64,000 nt of DNA from the human T2T-CHM13v2.0 reference genome, Homo sapiens. Position 1 is the first letter of the stretch. Every line of letters begins with the position of its first letter. A model generated the notes under the pieces. The model was not told the DNA's origin. It searched no databases and saw only the letters and a program-made list of their open reading frames with translations. This document shows positions 36,509-52,779 of the stretch, one piece after another. Both the position numbers and the translations under genes were made by a program. The stretch is taken from the NCBI GenBank assembly GCA_009914755.4, contig CP068257.2, positions 35,392,001-35,456,000 of the forward strand, given 5' to 3'.

Positions 36509-39500
36509 GTAAGCTGCAATGGAGACCTATTTACAAATTGGTGTGTGTCTACAATCTGAGTAATATATTTCTTCTCTTTGCATTTTGCTACCCTGACATA
36601 GAAGAGTTTGCCAGGCTACTTTCATTGTTGCTGAAGGTCTTTACATATTACAGAAAGTTGCTGCAAATCATTTACAAAAGATGATTTAGGCAGGTTTAAA
36701 TTAGGCAACTCGAGTAGGGATCATTATGGCGGATGGGAGGCGGGACTAGGTTGTAGCTCCAACTCGAATGGACAGAGCAATGGGCGGAGGCTCGCATAGT
36801 GAATTTTAGCTCCAAATTGACTGCAAGAACAAATCGGCAATCTTGAGAGAACCCACAGACTCTCTGTCTCCTGCAGGACCCAGGAGACACCCCAAATACT
36901 GTGAGCGCCCCAACTGCAGAAGTGGGAAAGGGAGATCCTTTTCCCCTGAACACACACCCCCACTGGAGAAACTAAAGGTCTGTTTGCGGGAGAAGTTTCT
37001 GACCTTACCTGGAGCTGAGTCAAGTTAGAGAGCCAAGCGAAATACAGGGGTAGAGGAAGCACTGGGAAAGGCCTTGGGAACTCGCTGGGTCCCCAAGCAG
37101 GCCATTGCCGCCTGGCACCGCAGGGACCCATTGGGAGAGCAGCTAGAGTGGGGGGATATGCTACAGGGAGAAGGAAATCTCCAGCTGAACTGGGGCGAGA
37201 AGCCTCCCCGTCAGAACTCAGGGGAGGGCATGAATCCAGGGTGCAGATTCCACAGGCAGGGGAAGAACCATGCCCTTTTCTTTCGCAGCTGGGAGGCAGG
37301 TAGCCCGGGGCAAGTTCTCAAGCCTGTGTCGCCCACTGCTTGGAAACAGACTCTGTTAGTGGTGCATGGTGGGAGTGAGACTGGCCCTTTTTTATTGCAT
37401 GGGAGCTGGGTGAGGCCTGTAACTGCCAGCTTTCCCCCACTTCCCTGACAACCTGCATGACTCAGCAGCAGCCACAATCCTCCTAGGTACACAACTCCAC
37501 TGACCTGGGAAACTCACCTCCATCCCCCAAAGCAGCTGCAGCAAGACCCGCCCAAGGAGAGTCTGAGCTCAGACACACCTAACCCTGCCCCCACCTGATG
37601 GCCCTTCCCTACCCACCCTGGTAGTGAAGACAAAGGGCATATGCTCTTGGGAATTCTAGGGCCCCATCCATGGCTGGTTCCTCTCCACAGTACCATAGCT
37701 GATGCTCTCTGGAAAGTGCTACCTCCCCGGCAGGAGGCCAACCAGCACAAAAATAGAGCATTAAACCACCAAAGCTAAGAACCCTCACGGAGTCCATTGC
37801 CTACCCCCTGCCACCTCCACTGGAACAGGTGCTGGTATCCATGACTGAGAGACCCATAGATGGTTCACATCCAGGACTCTGTGCAGACAACCCCCAGTGC
37901 CAGCCTGGAGCCGGGTAGACTTGCTGGGTGGCTAGACCCAGAAGACAGACAACAATCACTGCAGTTCGGCTCACAGGAAGCCACATCCATAGGAAAAGGG
38001 GGAGAGTACTACAACAAAAGAACACCCCGTGAAACAAAAGAATCTGAACAACGGCCTTCAGCCCTAGACCTTCCCTCTGACAGAGCCTACCCAAATGAGA
38101 AGGAACCAGAAAACCAACTCTGGTAATATGACAGAACAGGGCTCTTTAAACCCCCCACAAAAATCACACTAGTTACCAGCAATGGATCCAAACCAAGAAG
38201 AAATCTCTGATTTACCTGAAAAAGAATTCAGGAGGTTAGTTATTAAGCTAATCAGGGAGCACCAGAGAAAGGCGAAGCCCAGTGCAAGGAAATCCAAAAA
38301 TCAATACAAGAAGTGAAGGGAGAAATATTCAAGGAAATAGATAGCTTAAAGAAAAAACAATTAAAACTTCAGGAAATATTGGACACACTTATAGAAATGC
38401 AAAAAGCTCTGGGAAGTCTCAGCAATAGAATTGAACAAGTAGAAGAAAGAAATTCAGAGCTTGAAGACAAGGTCTTCGACTTAACCCAATCCAACGAAGA
38501 CAAAGAAAAAAGAATATGAAAATATGAACAAAGTCTCCATGAAGTCTGGGATTGTGTTAAACAACCAAACCTAAGAATAATTGGTGTTCTTGAGGAAGAA
38601 GAGAAATCTAAAAGTTGGGAAAACATATTTGGGGGAATAATCAAGGAAAACTTCCCCAGCCTTGCTAGAGACCTAGACATCCAAATACAAGAAGCACAAA
38701 GAACACCTGCAGAGTTCATTGTAAAAAGATCATTCCCTAAGCACACGGTCATCAGGTTATCCAAAGTTAAGAAGAAGGGAAGAATCTTAAGAGCTGTGAG
38801 ACAGAAGTACCAGGTAACCTATAAAGGAAAACCTATCAGATTAACAGCAGATTTCTCAGTAGAAACCCTACAAGATAGAAGGGATTGGGGCCCTATCTTC
38901 AGCCGCCTCAAACAAAACAATTATCAGCCAAGAATTTTGTATCTAGAGAAACTAAGCATCACATGTGACTGAAAGATACAGTCTTTTTCAGACAAACAAA
39001 TACTGGGAGAATTTGCCACTACCAAGCCACCACTACAAGAACTGCTAAAAGGAGTTCTAAATCTTGAAACAAATCCTGCAAACACATCAAAACAGAACCT
39101 CTTTAAAGCATAAATCACACAGGACCTATAAAACAAAAATACAAGTTAAAAAGCAGAAACAAAAAACAAAAAACAAACCCAAAGTACACAGGCAACAAAT
39201 AGCATGATGAATGCAATGGTACCTCATATCTCAATACTAACATTGAATGTAAATGGCCTAAATGCTCCACTTTAAAGCTACAGGACTGGAGAATGGATAA
39301 AAACTCACCAACCATCTGCTGCCTTCAGGAGACTCACCTAACGCATAAGGACTCACATAAACTTAAAGGGGTGGAAAAAGGCATTGCATGCAAATGGACA
39401 CCAAAAATGAGAAGGAGTAGCTATTCTTATTTCAGACAAAACAAACTTTAAAGCAACAGCAGTTAAAAGAGACAAAGAGGGACATTATATAATGGTAAAA

Positions 39501-40980
39501 GGCCTTGTCCAACAGGAAAATATCACAATGTTAAACATATACGCACGTAACACTAGAGCCCCCAAATTTATAAACAATTAAGAACAGACCTAAGAAATGA
39601 GATAGACATCAACACAATAAGAGTGGGGGACTTCAGTACTCCACTGACAGCACCAGACAGGTCATAAGACAGAAAGTCAACAAAGAAACAGATGAATTTA
39701 AACTATACCTTGGAACAAATGGGCTTAACAGATATATACAGAACATTTCATCCAAAAACCACAGAATGCACATTCTATTCAACAGCGCATGGAACTTTTT
39801 CCAAGATAGACCATATGATAGGCCATAAAATGAGCCTCATATAATTTAAGAAAATTTGAAATTATATCAAGCACTCTCTCAGACCACAGTGGAATAAAAC
39901 TGGAAATAAACTCCAAAAGGAACCTTCAAAACCATGCAACTACATGGCAATTAAATAACCCGCTCCCGAATGAGCATTGGGTCAAAAACAAAATCAATAT
40001 GGAAATTAAAAAGTTCTTAGAACCAAACAACAATAATGACACAACCTATCAAAACCTCTGGGATACAGCAAAGGCAGTGCTAAGAGGAAAGTTCATAGCC
40101 CTAAACACCTACATCAAAAAGACTGAAAGAGCTCAAACTGACAATCCAAGGTCACGCCTCAAGGACTAGAGAGATAAGAACAACCAAACTCAAACCTAGC
40201 AAAAGAGAGGAAATAACCAAGATCAGAGCAGAACTAAATGAAATTGAAACAAACAAACAAACAAACACATACAAAAGATAAATGAAACAAAAAGCTGGTT
40301 CTTTGAAAAGGTAAATAAAATTGATGACCATTAGCAAGATTAACCAAGGAAAGAGAAAAAATCCAAATAACTTCATTAAGAAATGAAACAGGAGATATTA
40401 CAACTGACACCATGGAAATACAAAAGATCATTCAAGGCTACTATGAACACCTTTATGCACATAAACTAGAAAACCTAGAAGAGATGGATAAATTCCTGGA
40501 AAAACACAACCCTCCAAGCTTCAATCAGGAAGAATTAGATACCCTGAACAGACCAATAACAAGCAGCAAGATTGAAATGGTAATAAAAAAATCTACCAAC
40601 AAAAAAAGGTCCAGGATCAGACGGATTCACAGGATAATTTTACCAGACAGTCAAAGAATTGGTACCAATCCTTTTGACACTATTCCACAAGATAGAGAAA
40701 GAAGGAACCCTCCCTAATTCATTCTACGAAGCCAGCATCACCCTAATACCGAAGCCAGGAAAGGACATAACCAAAAAAGAAAACTACACACCAATATCCC
40801 TCATGAACATAGATGCTAAAATCCTTAATAAAATACTAGCTAACCGAATCCAACAGCATATCAAAAAGATAATCCACCATGATCAAGTGGGTTTCATACC
40901 AGGGATGCAGGGATGGTCTAACATCCGCAAGTCAATACATGTGATGCACTACATAAACAGAATTAAAAACAAAAATCACA

Positions 40981-41314
<334 letters not shown>

Positions 41315-41568
41315 TTAGACAAAATCCAGCACCCCTTAATGATTAAAACTCTCAGCAAAATCAGCATACAAAGTACATACCTCAGTGTAATAAAGGCCAT
41401 CTATGACAAACCCACAGCCCACATAGTACTGAATGGGGAAAAGTTGAAAGCATTCTCTGCCCCCGAGAACTGGAACAAGAAAAGGATGCCCACTGTCACC
41501 ACTCTTCTTCAACATTGTAATGGAAGTCCTAGCCAGAGCAATCACACAAGAGAAAGAAATAAAGAGCA

Positions 41569-41945
<377 letters not shown>

Positions 41946-42211
41946 TTACCTTGAAAACCCTAATGACTCCTCCAGAAAGCTCCCAGAACTGATAAAAGAA
42001 TTCAGCAAAATTGCTGGATACAAGATTAATGTACGCAAATTAGTAGCTCTTCTATATACCAACAGCGACCACGCAAATATCAAATCAAGAACTCAGCCCC
42101 TTTTACAATAGCTGGGAAAAACAAAAAACAAAAAACCTAGGAATATACCTAGTCAATGAGTCTAAAGACCTCTACAAGGAGAACTACAAAACACTGCTGA
42201 AAGAAATCACA

Positions 42212-42541
<330 letters not shown>

Positions 42542-43046
42542 CTACAACAAATTTAAACAAATCAGTAAGAAAAAAACAATCCTATCAAAAAGTAGGCTAA
42601 GGACACGAATAGACAATTCTCAAAAGAAGATATACAAATGGCCAACAAACATATGAAAAAATGTTCAACATCACTAATGATCAGGGAAATGCAAATTAAA
42701 ACCACAATGCGATACCATTTCACTTCTGCAAGAATGGCCATGATCAAAACACCGAAAAACAGTAGATGTTGGTGTGGATGCAGTGATCAGGGAACACTTC
42801 TACACTGCTGCTGGGAAGGTAAACTAGCACAACCACTATGGAAAACAGTGTGGAGACTCCTCAAGGAACTGAAAGTGGAACTACCATTTGATCCAGCAAT
42901 CCCACTGCCGGGTGTCTACCCAGAGGAAAAGAAGTCATTACATGAAAAAGATACTTGCACACGCATGTTTATAGCAGCACAATTCACAATTGCAAAGTCA
43001 TAGAAACAACCCAAATGCCCATCAAAGAGTAGATAAAGAAACTATT

Positions 43047-43088
43047 TTATATATATGTGTGTGTGTGTGTGTGTGTACACACACACAG
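43047..43088. repeat. (TA)n(TG)n(CA)n compound dinucleotide repeat inside the L1
   Basis: The sequence is tatatatatgtgtgtgtgtgtgtgtgtgtacacacacaca. Confidence 0.9.
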
Positions 43089-43134
43089 TGGAATACTACT
43101 CAGCCATAAAAAGGAATGCATTAACAGCATTTTC

Positions 43135-43436
<302 letters not shown>

Positions 43437-43543
43437 TTAACATAAAAAAAAGAAGAAACACAGACAAAAAATAATAAATTAGGCAACTCCATAGCCATTT
43501 TTATTCTTGAAAAAGAATTACCTTGTGTGTAAAGGGAATTTTC

Positions 43544-43713
43544 TTTTATTTCCTTGTTTTCTTGTTTTGTTAAGAGATAGGGTCTCGTGGTGTCACCCAG
43601 GCTGGTGCCATCATAGCTCACTGCAGCCTTGAACTCCTGGGCTCAAGCAATCCTCCCACCTCAGCTTCCCAAATCACTGGGATTATAGACCTGAGCCACC
43701 CACCGTACCTGGC
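43544..43713 (-). mobile_element. Alu with an internal deletion and a roughly 14-bp TSD
   Basis: The TSD tgt(g)aagggaattt is present. The body runs ...gttaagagatagggtctcgtggtgtcacccaggctggtgccatcatagctcactgcagcc...gacctgagccacccaccgtacctggcc. Confidence 0.75.
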
Positions 43714-44705
43714 CTGTGAAGGGAATTTCCTAAATGAGTTTGAAAGTTTAAGTCGTGTCATACAAATAAGTGATTTCAGCCTCCTAGGCTGCCAGGAAGC
43801 TCTTAATATAAGTTTGCTAAGTAAATTCCTGTGAAACCGTAGCCTGTCAGCTATCCAAACCATACTTTGTAATTTCTCTGAACTCATTTCATTAATTCTC
43901 AAAATGATCATGGAAGATCTACTGTCATTTTCTTGAAAAATTAAAACATAAAATGCTTATTAAATAAACAATCAATACGTGATGTGGACAAGTGAACAGT
44001 CATGCTTTGTTGGTGGGAATGTAAAATTGAGGCTACCTTCCTGGCAATTTGGCAATCCATAAGAGTTTCAGAAATTTTATATCCCGTTATCCTTCTAAAA
44101 CTCTTTCCTAAGGACAAATCAGAGATAAGGATAAAGATTTTTGTTCAAGAATATTTGCTGTTAGGACATTTATAAAAATGAAAATTTAGAACCATCTCAA
44201 AAGTCTAATAATAGAGACTTTGTAAAATAAATGTTAGTGCATCCACCTGATGCAATTATAATATAGCTGTTAACTGTTCACAATATCATATTATTTTTAA
44301 AATGAGGAACACAAAATTATATTTACAGTGTGATCCCAGTTTTTTTGTTAAATATACATCTATAACACACACATACGCTTATAAGGACTTATACAAGACT
44401 ATTAAGAGTAATTATCTTTGGGTGATGGATTATGGGTGATTTGAATTTTTTGTTATTCTCTATAGTTTTAAAATTCTCTACAATGAATAGACATTACTTC
44501 TAAAATAAGTGATACTTATTAAAACAATAAAAATATTTAAAAATCAACCATCTGGTAACATTCCATTTTCATTACTTATGTAGACTTAAAAGACTATAAT
44601 CATGAAATGACCTTAGCTAAAATTTTAGAGACTTTTAATCAAGGGTATTTCTGAAATAGTCTATCGATTCGTAGAGAGTGTAGCCGATGGGCTTCATTAG
44701 TGCCT

Positions 44706-44947
<242 letters not shown>

Positions 44948-46519
44948 TAAGTTATTTGGTTCATGACATTGTCTTGATTAACCCAACAGAAAAAAATCTG
45001 ATTTAGTCCAACACACGAACTACCACTAATCTTATTGGTGACAAGAAGCTCCTGATAAGGATGAGCTGAAGAGGTGAAAATGAGGGCAAGTTTTGGGATT
45101 TAACTTCACTGAAACCATTTTCTTTGAAGGATTGGATATCTGATCTGATGTCGTTTACTTCAGATCTTTGAACAAATCATTACACAGGTATGTTTGGGAA
45201 GGAAGGAGTTAAGTCTAAAAAGAGTGCTTGATTCAGGATTTGTTTTGGAATCACTTATCTATTGGGTTGCTGACAGCAATAAACATTTTCTAAATACCTA
45301 AAGGAATGAAAGTAGAGTGTCACCCAGTGAGAAGGTGGCAGGTGAAACTTGGTTATTTCTTTATATTAGTTCGGCTGAATGTTAGAGTTAAAAAAACCCT
45401 AAAACAAAACAAAACAGATAAAAGTTGCCTTTTAAATTTGTCACGCATCTGTCGCTGGTGTGTGGTCCTTTATAGTGTCCAAGATGGTCTATGGAAGATA
45501 TTTATTTTGTAAAACAAAGTTCGAAAAGGCAAAGAGATCATCAACTTAGACCAAACATGCAATAACTCCTGTAAATGGATTGTCAGCAGGCATTGACATA
45601 CATTGTCTATTTTGGCCAGGAAGAGGTGGAGTTATTCTCAAGGTTAAGTAAAGGTCATCTCTCTCTACCATACTGCCACTCAGCAGTGATGGAAAAGCAA
45701 AGCCTGAAGTTGGGTACCGGGAAATTTCACTTGGGAGACGGATGGCCCAGTCTGTCTGTGCACTCAGGTCATCTTGGTTAGTTTTCCCATAATTGTACTA
45801 GATCAGCAGTCAAGTGAAATGCCAGATTCATCACTGATAGAATCTCTGTCCTGGGTTGACAGTCCTTTAATTTGTGTGCCTTTGTGGCCAGAGGCCATTA
45901 TTTCTAATTGCCTTTTTGTCCTGTAGCAGTTCATCTATCTTTCACACACACCAAATTTAATCTTCATGTTAGACAATGATGGGGAATTTGGGCTGAAGTT
46001 GTTATCAAATGAGTTTCATAAGCTTTAGTAACCTCAGGGAAAAAAAATCTTAAAAGACTTACCAAAATTTGAAAATAGTAAACAATGATGGCTTTCTAGT
46101 AATTTAAGGTTGTTACAGGATCTCCATACTGATAATTCAAAATATCTGGGTCAATGATTTGACTCCTTAACGTATGAAAAAAGGCTTACACTTCTCTTAT
46201 TGCACCTACAATTTAATTATAACACATATGATGATTTCTGATAGGAATGTCTGATTTTTTTTTTCTTCTTCACTCAACAACCATATATATATATGGTAGC
46301 TACCTTGAGGTAGGCACTGAGACCCAAGATGAATCAATCAAGTCCCTGTGAAGACAAATGAAACAGCCGAGTCTGCCTTTGGACCAGGTTGTGTACCACA
46401 GGGTACATTCGGAGAGAAATGGAAGCCCGTCTGGGGGTGTGGGTAGGGCCAGGGAACATGGAGGGAGCAGCAGTGAGACCATGGGATAGGCTCTGTGAAT
46501 ACCAGGAGTTTTACCCACT

Positions 46520-46593
46520 CCACCTGATTCAGCCCTGGAGATAGTGGAGAGAGGGGTCTCCATCTAACAGGTGAGGAAACAGAGCATTAGGCG
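46520..46593 (-). mobile_element. MIR fragment (left part), split by the THE1 LTR
   Basis: The sequence ...catctaacaggtgaggaaacagagcattagg matches antisense MIR ttacagatgaggaaactgaggcacagag. Confidence 0.4.
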
Positions 46594-46952
46594 GTGATAT
46601 AGTTTGGCTCTGTGTCCCCACCCAAATCTCATCTTGTAGCTCCCATAATTCCCACATGTGGAAAAGACCAGTGGGAAATAATTGAATCATGGAGGCAAGT
46701 CTTTCCCATGCTGTTCTCGTGATAGTGAATGAATCTCATGAGATCTGATGGTTTTAAAAACGGGAGTTTCGCTGCACAAGCTCTCTCTCTTTGCCTGCTG
46801 CCATCCATGTAAGACCTGACTTGTTCCTCCTTGCTTTCCACCATGATTGTGAAGCTTCCCCAGCCACACGGAACTGTAAGTCCACTAAACCCCTTTTCCT
46901 ATATAAAGTCTCAGGTATGTCTTTATCAGCAACATGAAAACTATTACAGGGG
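46594..46952 (+). mobile_element. THE1/MST-type MaLR solo LTR (sense)
   Basis: The sequence reads tgatatagtttggctctgtgtccccacccaaatctcatcttgtagctcccataattcccacatgtgg...atggaggcaagtctttcccatgctgttctcgtgatagtgaatgaatctcatgagatctgatggttttaaaaacgggagtttc...ccatgattgtgaagcttccccagccacacggaactgtaagtcc.... Confidence 0.85.
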
Positions 46953-47045
46953 GTGAACACTCCCATGGCCTCACACAGCAAGAAGGAAGATGGGAGCACT
47001 TGAGACCCAGTGTCCAGATTTGTGAGTTGAGTTGGTCCAGCTGAG
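46953..47045 (-). mobile_element. MIR fragment (right part), continuing after the THE1 LTR
   Basis: The sequence ggcctcacacagcaagaaggaagatgggagcacttgagacccagtgtccagatt matches antisense MIR ggtcacacagctagtaagtggcagagccaggattcgaacccaggc. Confidence 0.4.
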
Positions 47046-47578
47046 CTGGGGTGATGGGAAGCAGTTGGGGTCAGGAAGCTGCACAAAGGTCCCAGTCGCC
47101 CAGCCGACCAGGACAGAAAATGCTGAACTGTGAAACTATTTGGGACTTGTCTTTTTTTTTTTTTTTTAATGGAAAGGACTTCTCTGCACATGCGTTCACT
47201 TTCCTGCCCATGCCAGCAGCTCAGTGGCCCCATTTTTCGGGTGAATGTTGCAGGCATGGTATAAAACCCATTCCATTTCCCGCATTAACTTTGCACAAGC
47301 CACATGGTCTCTTTTCTCTCAGATCCTTCACACGGCTGTTGTGAAGAGGGGTGGAAGAGAAATTTACATTCCAACCTTCAGAGACAAGTCAGCCAAATTA
47401 TGCCAAGGCCTCTGTCCCTCCATCTGTCCATCCATCCGTCCATCCATTAGAGCCAGGGCAAGTAGCATAGGGCTCTGGGTGGACGGCCCCCAAGATGTGC
47501 TTTACCTCCACCGCCACTTTCTCTGCCTGGCTTACTCATTCACTGGGCAGGTATTTATCGAGGGCCCTTCTGCATACC

Positions 47579-47773
47579 AGGCCTCCTGCCTCAGCCTCCT
47601 GAGTAGCTGGGATTACAGGCGTGCACCACCCTGCCCGGCTAATTTTTGTATTTTCAGTAGAGATGGGGTTTCACCATGTTGGTCAGGCTGGTCTCAAACT
47701 CCTGACCTTGTGATCTGCTCGCCTCAGCCTCCCAAAGTGCTGGGACTACAGGCATGAGCCACCGTGCCTGGCC
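47579..47773 (-). mobile_element. Alu, partial (lacks the right-arm start)
   Basis: The copy runs aggcctcctgcctcagcctcctgagtagctgggattacaggcgtgcaccaccctgcccggctaatttttgtattttcagtagagatgggg...ggcatgagccaccgtgcctggcc. Confidence 0.8.
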
Positions 47774-49310
47774 TTAGGTAGTTCTTTATAGCAATGCGAG
47801 AACATGTCCTTAGAGGACAGAGGCCATGGGAGGTTTGATGGATACTGAAGGGGAGCACCCACAGGACCACTGAGGCAGGCAGTGGCGAGACGCAGCCACA
47901 AACCAAGGCTGTGTGATGTAGCGTAAGGCTGGACAAGGCCAGGCAGTGTCCCCTCCCACTTCCGGAGGGAGTTTGGCCCTGCTGAGGCCTTGATGGCTCT
48001 GAAGCTCATCTCAGTCTTGTGACCTCCAGGACTGCGAGATAATCCATTTCTATTGTTTAAAGCCACTTAGTTTGAGGCGATTTGTTACTGCAGCCCCAGG
48101 AAACAAATACAATGATGGACAGGAATTGGTGGAGATGAAGCAGTTTCCAGAGTGGTGAACACAGTGAGGAAAAGTGTGGGGTACAATAGCGATTACCATT
48201 ACTCAAGGCCTGACTGTGGCCCAAGCACAGTTTTAAGCATTTTATATACTTCCTGTTTCCCAGTAGCCTACACAATAAGTGATGTTTTACAGATGAAGAA
48301 ACCGAGCTCAGAGAGGTAATGTAACCTGCCCAAGGTACACTGGCAGGAAGTAGTGTAGCTGGGACTTGAGCTCAGTTCTAATGGATTCCCAAAGCCCATG
48401 CTCTTTTCACTTTGCTCCTTGGAGGTTGGCCACTTAAGTGCCATTTGTTTATTTATTCATTCACTGTTTGTCTATTTGAATAAAAATACTGAGTTTTTAT
48501 CCACTATTTGAATAAAAATACTGAGTTTTGTTAGTATTCCAAGTTGCAAATTAAAACTACATACCATTCCTTAATTTCTTAGCAAAAGTGGGACAAGTGG
48601 TAATTACTGAGCCACTTTCTGGCATCTGGCCTACTTTTTGTTGCTCTATTCTGGGCCACCACATGCCTCGTTAAAAATGGGGAACTATTTCAAAGGAAGA
48701 TGGGGAGAACAAACACAGAGATGTCAGAAGCCTCTGCCACAGGGTGTGTGCCCAAACCCAGCAGTGATGGCTGCGGGTGCTGAGACTGGGACAGGTGGAC
48801 AGAGACCAATACAGTTGGTGTGCAGCACCCATGGAGGAGGGCCTTGAATAGCGGGTTGGTTGAGACACGGTCCTTTGGACACAGAGCTCCAAGCCCTGTG
48901 AGCCTTTGGCAGTTTGTGAGGGAGGGGAGGGAGGAGGTGGAACCATAAGCCTCGATAAGGCACAATGGCAGTGACAGCAAATACCATAGATTAAAAACAA
49001 GTATCCTCTTCCATTTTCTTTGATAGAATAAGCATAAGTAACCCAAAGGAGGGTCAGGAAATCCCACAATAAATGACTCTGAAATGTCTGTTAATAATGA
49101 ACCGTGGAAAATCAAAGCATATTCAGTTAGACTAGGAAAAATGGAACACCATGATATTTTGTATACTCCAAATTTGAGGAACAATACATAAGGGTACATG
49201 GGTAATCCCCAGTGTTGGTGAGTTACAGGGAGTAAACTGATAGAATCCTTTTGGAGATCACTCTGGTGTTTTATATTAAGTGTCTTAGTCTGTTTTGTAC
49301 TAGTATTATT

Positions 49311-49677
49311 TGTATTAGTCCATTCTCACACTGCTATAAAGATACTACCTGAGACTGGGTAATTTATAAACAAGAGGTTTAATTGACTCACAGTTCCACA
49401 TGGCTGGGGAGGCCTCAGGAAACTTACATTCACGGCAGAAGGTGAAGGGGAAGCAAGGCGTGTCTTACATAGTGGAAGGAGAGACAGAGATAGAATGCAG
49501 GGGAAACTGCCACTTTTAAATCATCAGATCTCGTGAGGCCTCCCTCACTTTCAGGAGAACAGCTTTGGGGAAACCACTCCCATGATCCAGTCACCTCCCA
49601 CCAGGTCCCTCCCTCAACACGTGGGGATTAAAATTCGAGATGAGATTTGGGTGGGGACACAGAGCTGAACCATATCA
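49311..49677 (-). mobile_element. THE1-type MaLR solo LTR (antisense)
   Basis: The sequence reads tgtattagtccattctcacactgctataaagatactacctgagactgggtaatttataaa...catggctggggaggcctcaggaaacttacattcacggcagaaggtgaaggggaagcaagg...gagatttgggtggggacacagagctgaaccatatca. Confidence 0.85.
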
Positions 49678-49821
49678 ACATTCAAGCTCTTTGACCCTGT
49701 AGTAATTCCAATACAAGAAGCCTAGCCCAAGGACACAATTTCATAAAGTTTATCCACAAAAGATGTTTGTTGTACTCATTGTTTAAAATAGGGGAAAACA
49801 GGAGACAGCCCAAGTGGCTAG

Positions 49822-50256
<435 letters not shown>

Positions 50257-52050
50257 TAGCCGATGGGTGAAAACGAGCCAAGAGTGACTGCATGGAGTTG
50301 TCTGCTATCCACCTGGCCCTGCCACCTCCTGAGCATGCAGCTGGTCAGGCCATGTCTCCAGGTCTGCAGGCCCAGTCCTCCTCACATCAGTCCCCAAGTC
50401 TAGATTTAGGGAAGAAAGCATGATTTTGGCTTCAGGCTTATGCAGCACTTGAAAATCGGGCTCCATCAGCAATAAGGTAGACACTGCATTTTAATTCTTG
50501 CCAGGTGCGTAAGTCCTTCACAGAATGGTGGTGAGGAGTGAGTGACTGAACTTTCCCCAGGATGTGCCCACCCATGGTGCATTCACTGAGAACATTCAAA
50601 AGAGGTTGCCTTAGAAACCAAAGTATCACAGGGAGAGATGGGCCTCTTGGGGCAGCAGCAGCAGCTGAAGCAGGCTGACTCACAGCTGCTTCTAATATGC
50701 TAGGCTTTGTGTAAACAGGCTTTATGACACAAGTGGGCTGACTACAGTGCAATTGGAGTGTGGCATCTGAGTCACTGTGAGGCTCTAGCTGGCTTCTTCC
50801 AGCCCTGGCCATAGGGTCCCCTGTGACTGTAACCTATACAAGCAGAGCTTGGGCATGCTGGATTTGCAGAAATAACCTTAGGCAGGTATTGAATTATTGG
50901 ACATTAACTTCCCCTGCATTGTGTGAAAATATAAATCTTGGTCCACAAATGCCCTTGTTCAAGACTGTATTTTCCACAATGCCATCATTTCTCACTCTGT
51001 GAGTCCTTTGGTCCCTAATTGAGATTTCCATTGCATTTCTGACCTCTGAGACTTAAGTGGTGATGAGGCACAGAGAGGAAAAGAATATCTGGTCCTCAGT
51101 CATAGGTCCAGATAGGTAATCACTGAAACATCCACTGTGCTTGTCCATGTGGCCCTGTTCAGATTTGGTGGCTACCTCAAAGTGCAGTTCTTTGAAAACT
51201 AAACTGTTATGTTAAGCCATTGACAATTTAGGATTATTATTTATTTATTTATTTTACCATGGAATGACAAACTCTCCTGACTAGAAAAGGTGGGATAAGT
51301 ACATTTCCTCCCAACCCAAAATAGTAAATAGTGCCACCATGAACCTAATTGTGTTAAACTGAGTGACTGAGACCCATGAAAACTGCCATAGCCTGACCTG
51401 CACCCCAGCACGATGAATCAAGAAGAATCTCTCTTTCCTCTTCCGTTTTCTGTCTTCCTTTCCCCATGTCCCATCAAGTCTGTTCTAGTTACTGGCTGGT
51501 GGGTCTGTACTATACAATGTACTGGGTTCCATCACTATTGCTGTAGGAGTTGATTTATTTGGATTTTCAAAGTTCCATGGGCATGGGACTGTTAATATGA
51601 CATTTTCATATAGCCTACTGAATCTTTAAAAAACTGGGAGATGCAAGAAATTTTGGGTTGGGTCAATGTGCTTAAGGAATGACTCCCATTCTTATGACAG
51701 CCTAGGCAGCAGCTTCCTGAGGAAACCCAAACATCTGATTGAGATCCTTTTAACTAAAACAGGGCAGGTCAAGAAATTAGGGGGAGCAGAATTTTGGATT
51801 TAAATTATGTTGGCTTTTCATTAGGTGATTTCATACTTGGGCTTTTATTTCTCCCTGGGAGTTGAATCACTGGAGAAGGTTTTGTTAATATATGGAAATT
51901 TTTATATTATTGACACTTTCTATTTGGAGTATTTTAGGCTATTATTTGGGCTCATTGCAGAACAGTGTCTTTCAAACTTTTTTCTTAAATTAGGACATGC
52001 ATTATACATCATGGCAGAAGCACAATTTTTACAAAACAAAAACATCTCAC

Positions 52051-52318
<268 letters not shown>

Positions 52319-52779
52319 TTACTGGGAAAGTGACCACAGAGAGCAGGGCCAAGTGGCAGAGGGTGCAAAACACATCAGACAGACAAGCACGTGGGCTGAG
52401 TCCACCACCATCGTGGCAACCGCAGTTCAATCCCATGAGACCTTCTGAGGAGCTCATGGAATGCAGTGCAGAACTGTCTCCTCCGGGCTGAAAGAAGGAT
52501 GTGTATATCCACTGATACCTCTCCCAGGTTGGGCTCCAGGCTGGTCCTGTGGGTGTTAACCCCTCTCCTTCCAGAGTGTACTATAAGAGGCACCTATGTG
52601 GATGTGGTTAAATTTGCATGAACTGTTTGGGGCATCAGTGGCTGGAGTAAGAGGTGAACAGAGAGGCTCTGAAGTGGTTGAAACAGACGTTCAGTCAAAA
52701 TATTCACCCTTACTGAGTGCAATGCACTGACATATTCTATTCTAGTTCATCACACACACACTAGTGGAGGCCCACTAAC

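Noticed and set aside
38313-38519. 68-aa ORF MKGEIFKEIDSLKKKQLKLQEILDTLIEMQKALGSLSNRIEQVEERNSELEDKVFDL with a coiled-coil look
   Set aside because: It is the conserved coiled-coil segment of L1 ORF1p inside the degenerate L1. It is not a host gene.
47245-47757. 170-aa plus-strand ORF
   Set aside because: It ends in antisense-Alu translation (…[38 protein letters not shown]…). The N-terminal half is low-complexity ([13 protein letters not shown]) from a short tandem repeat. Nothing supports it as a gene.
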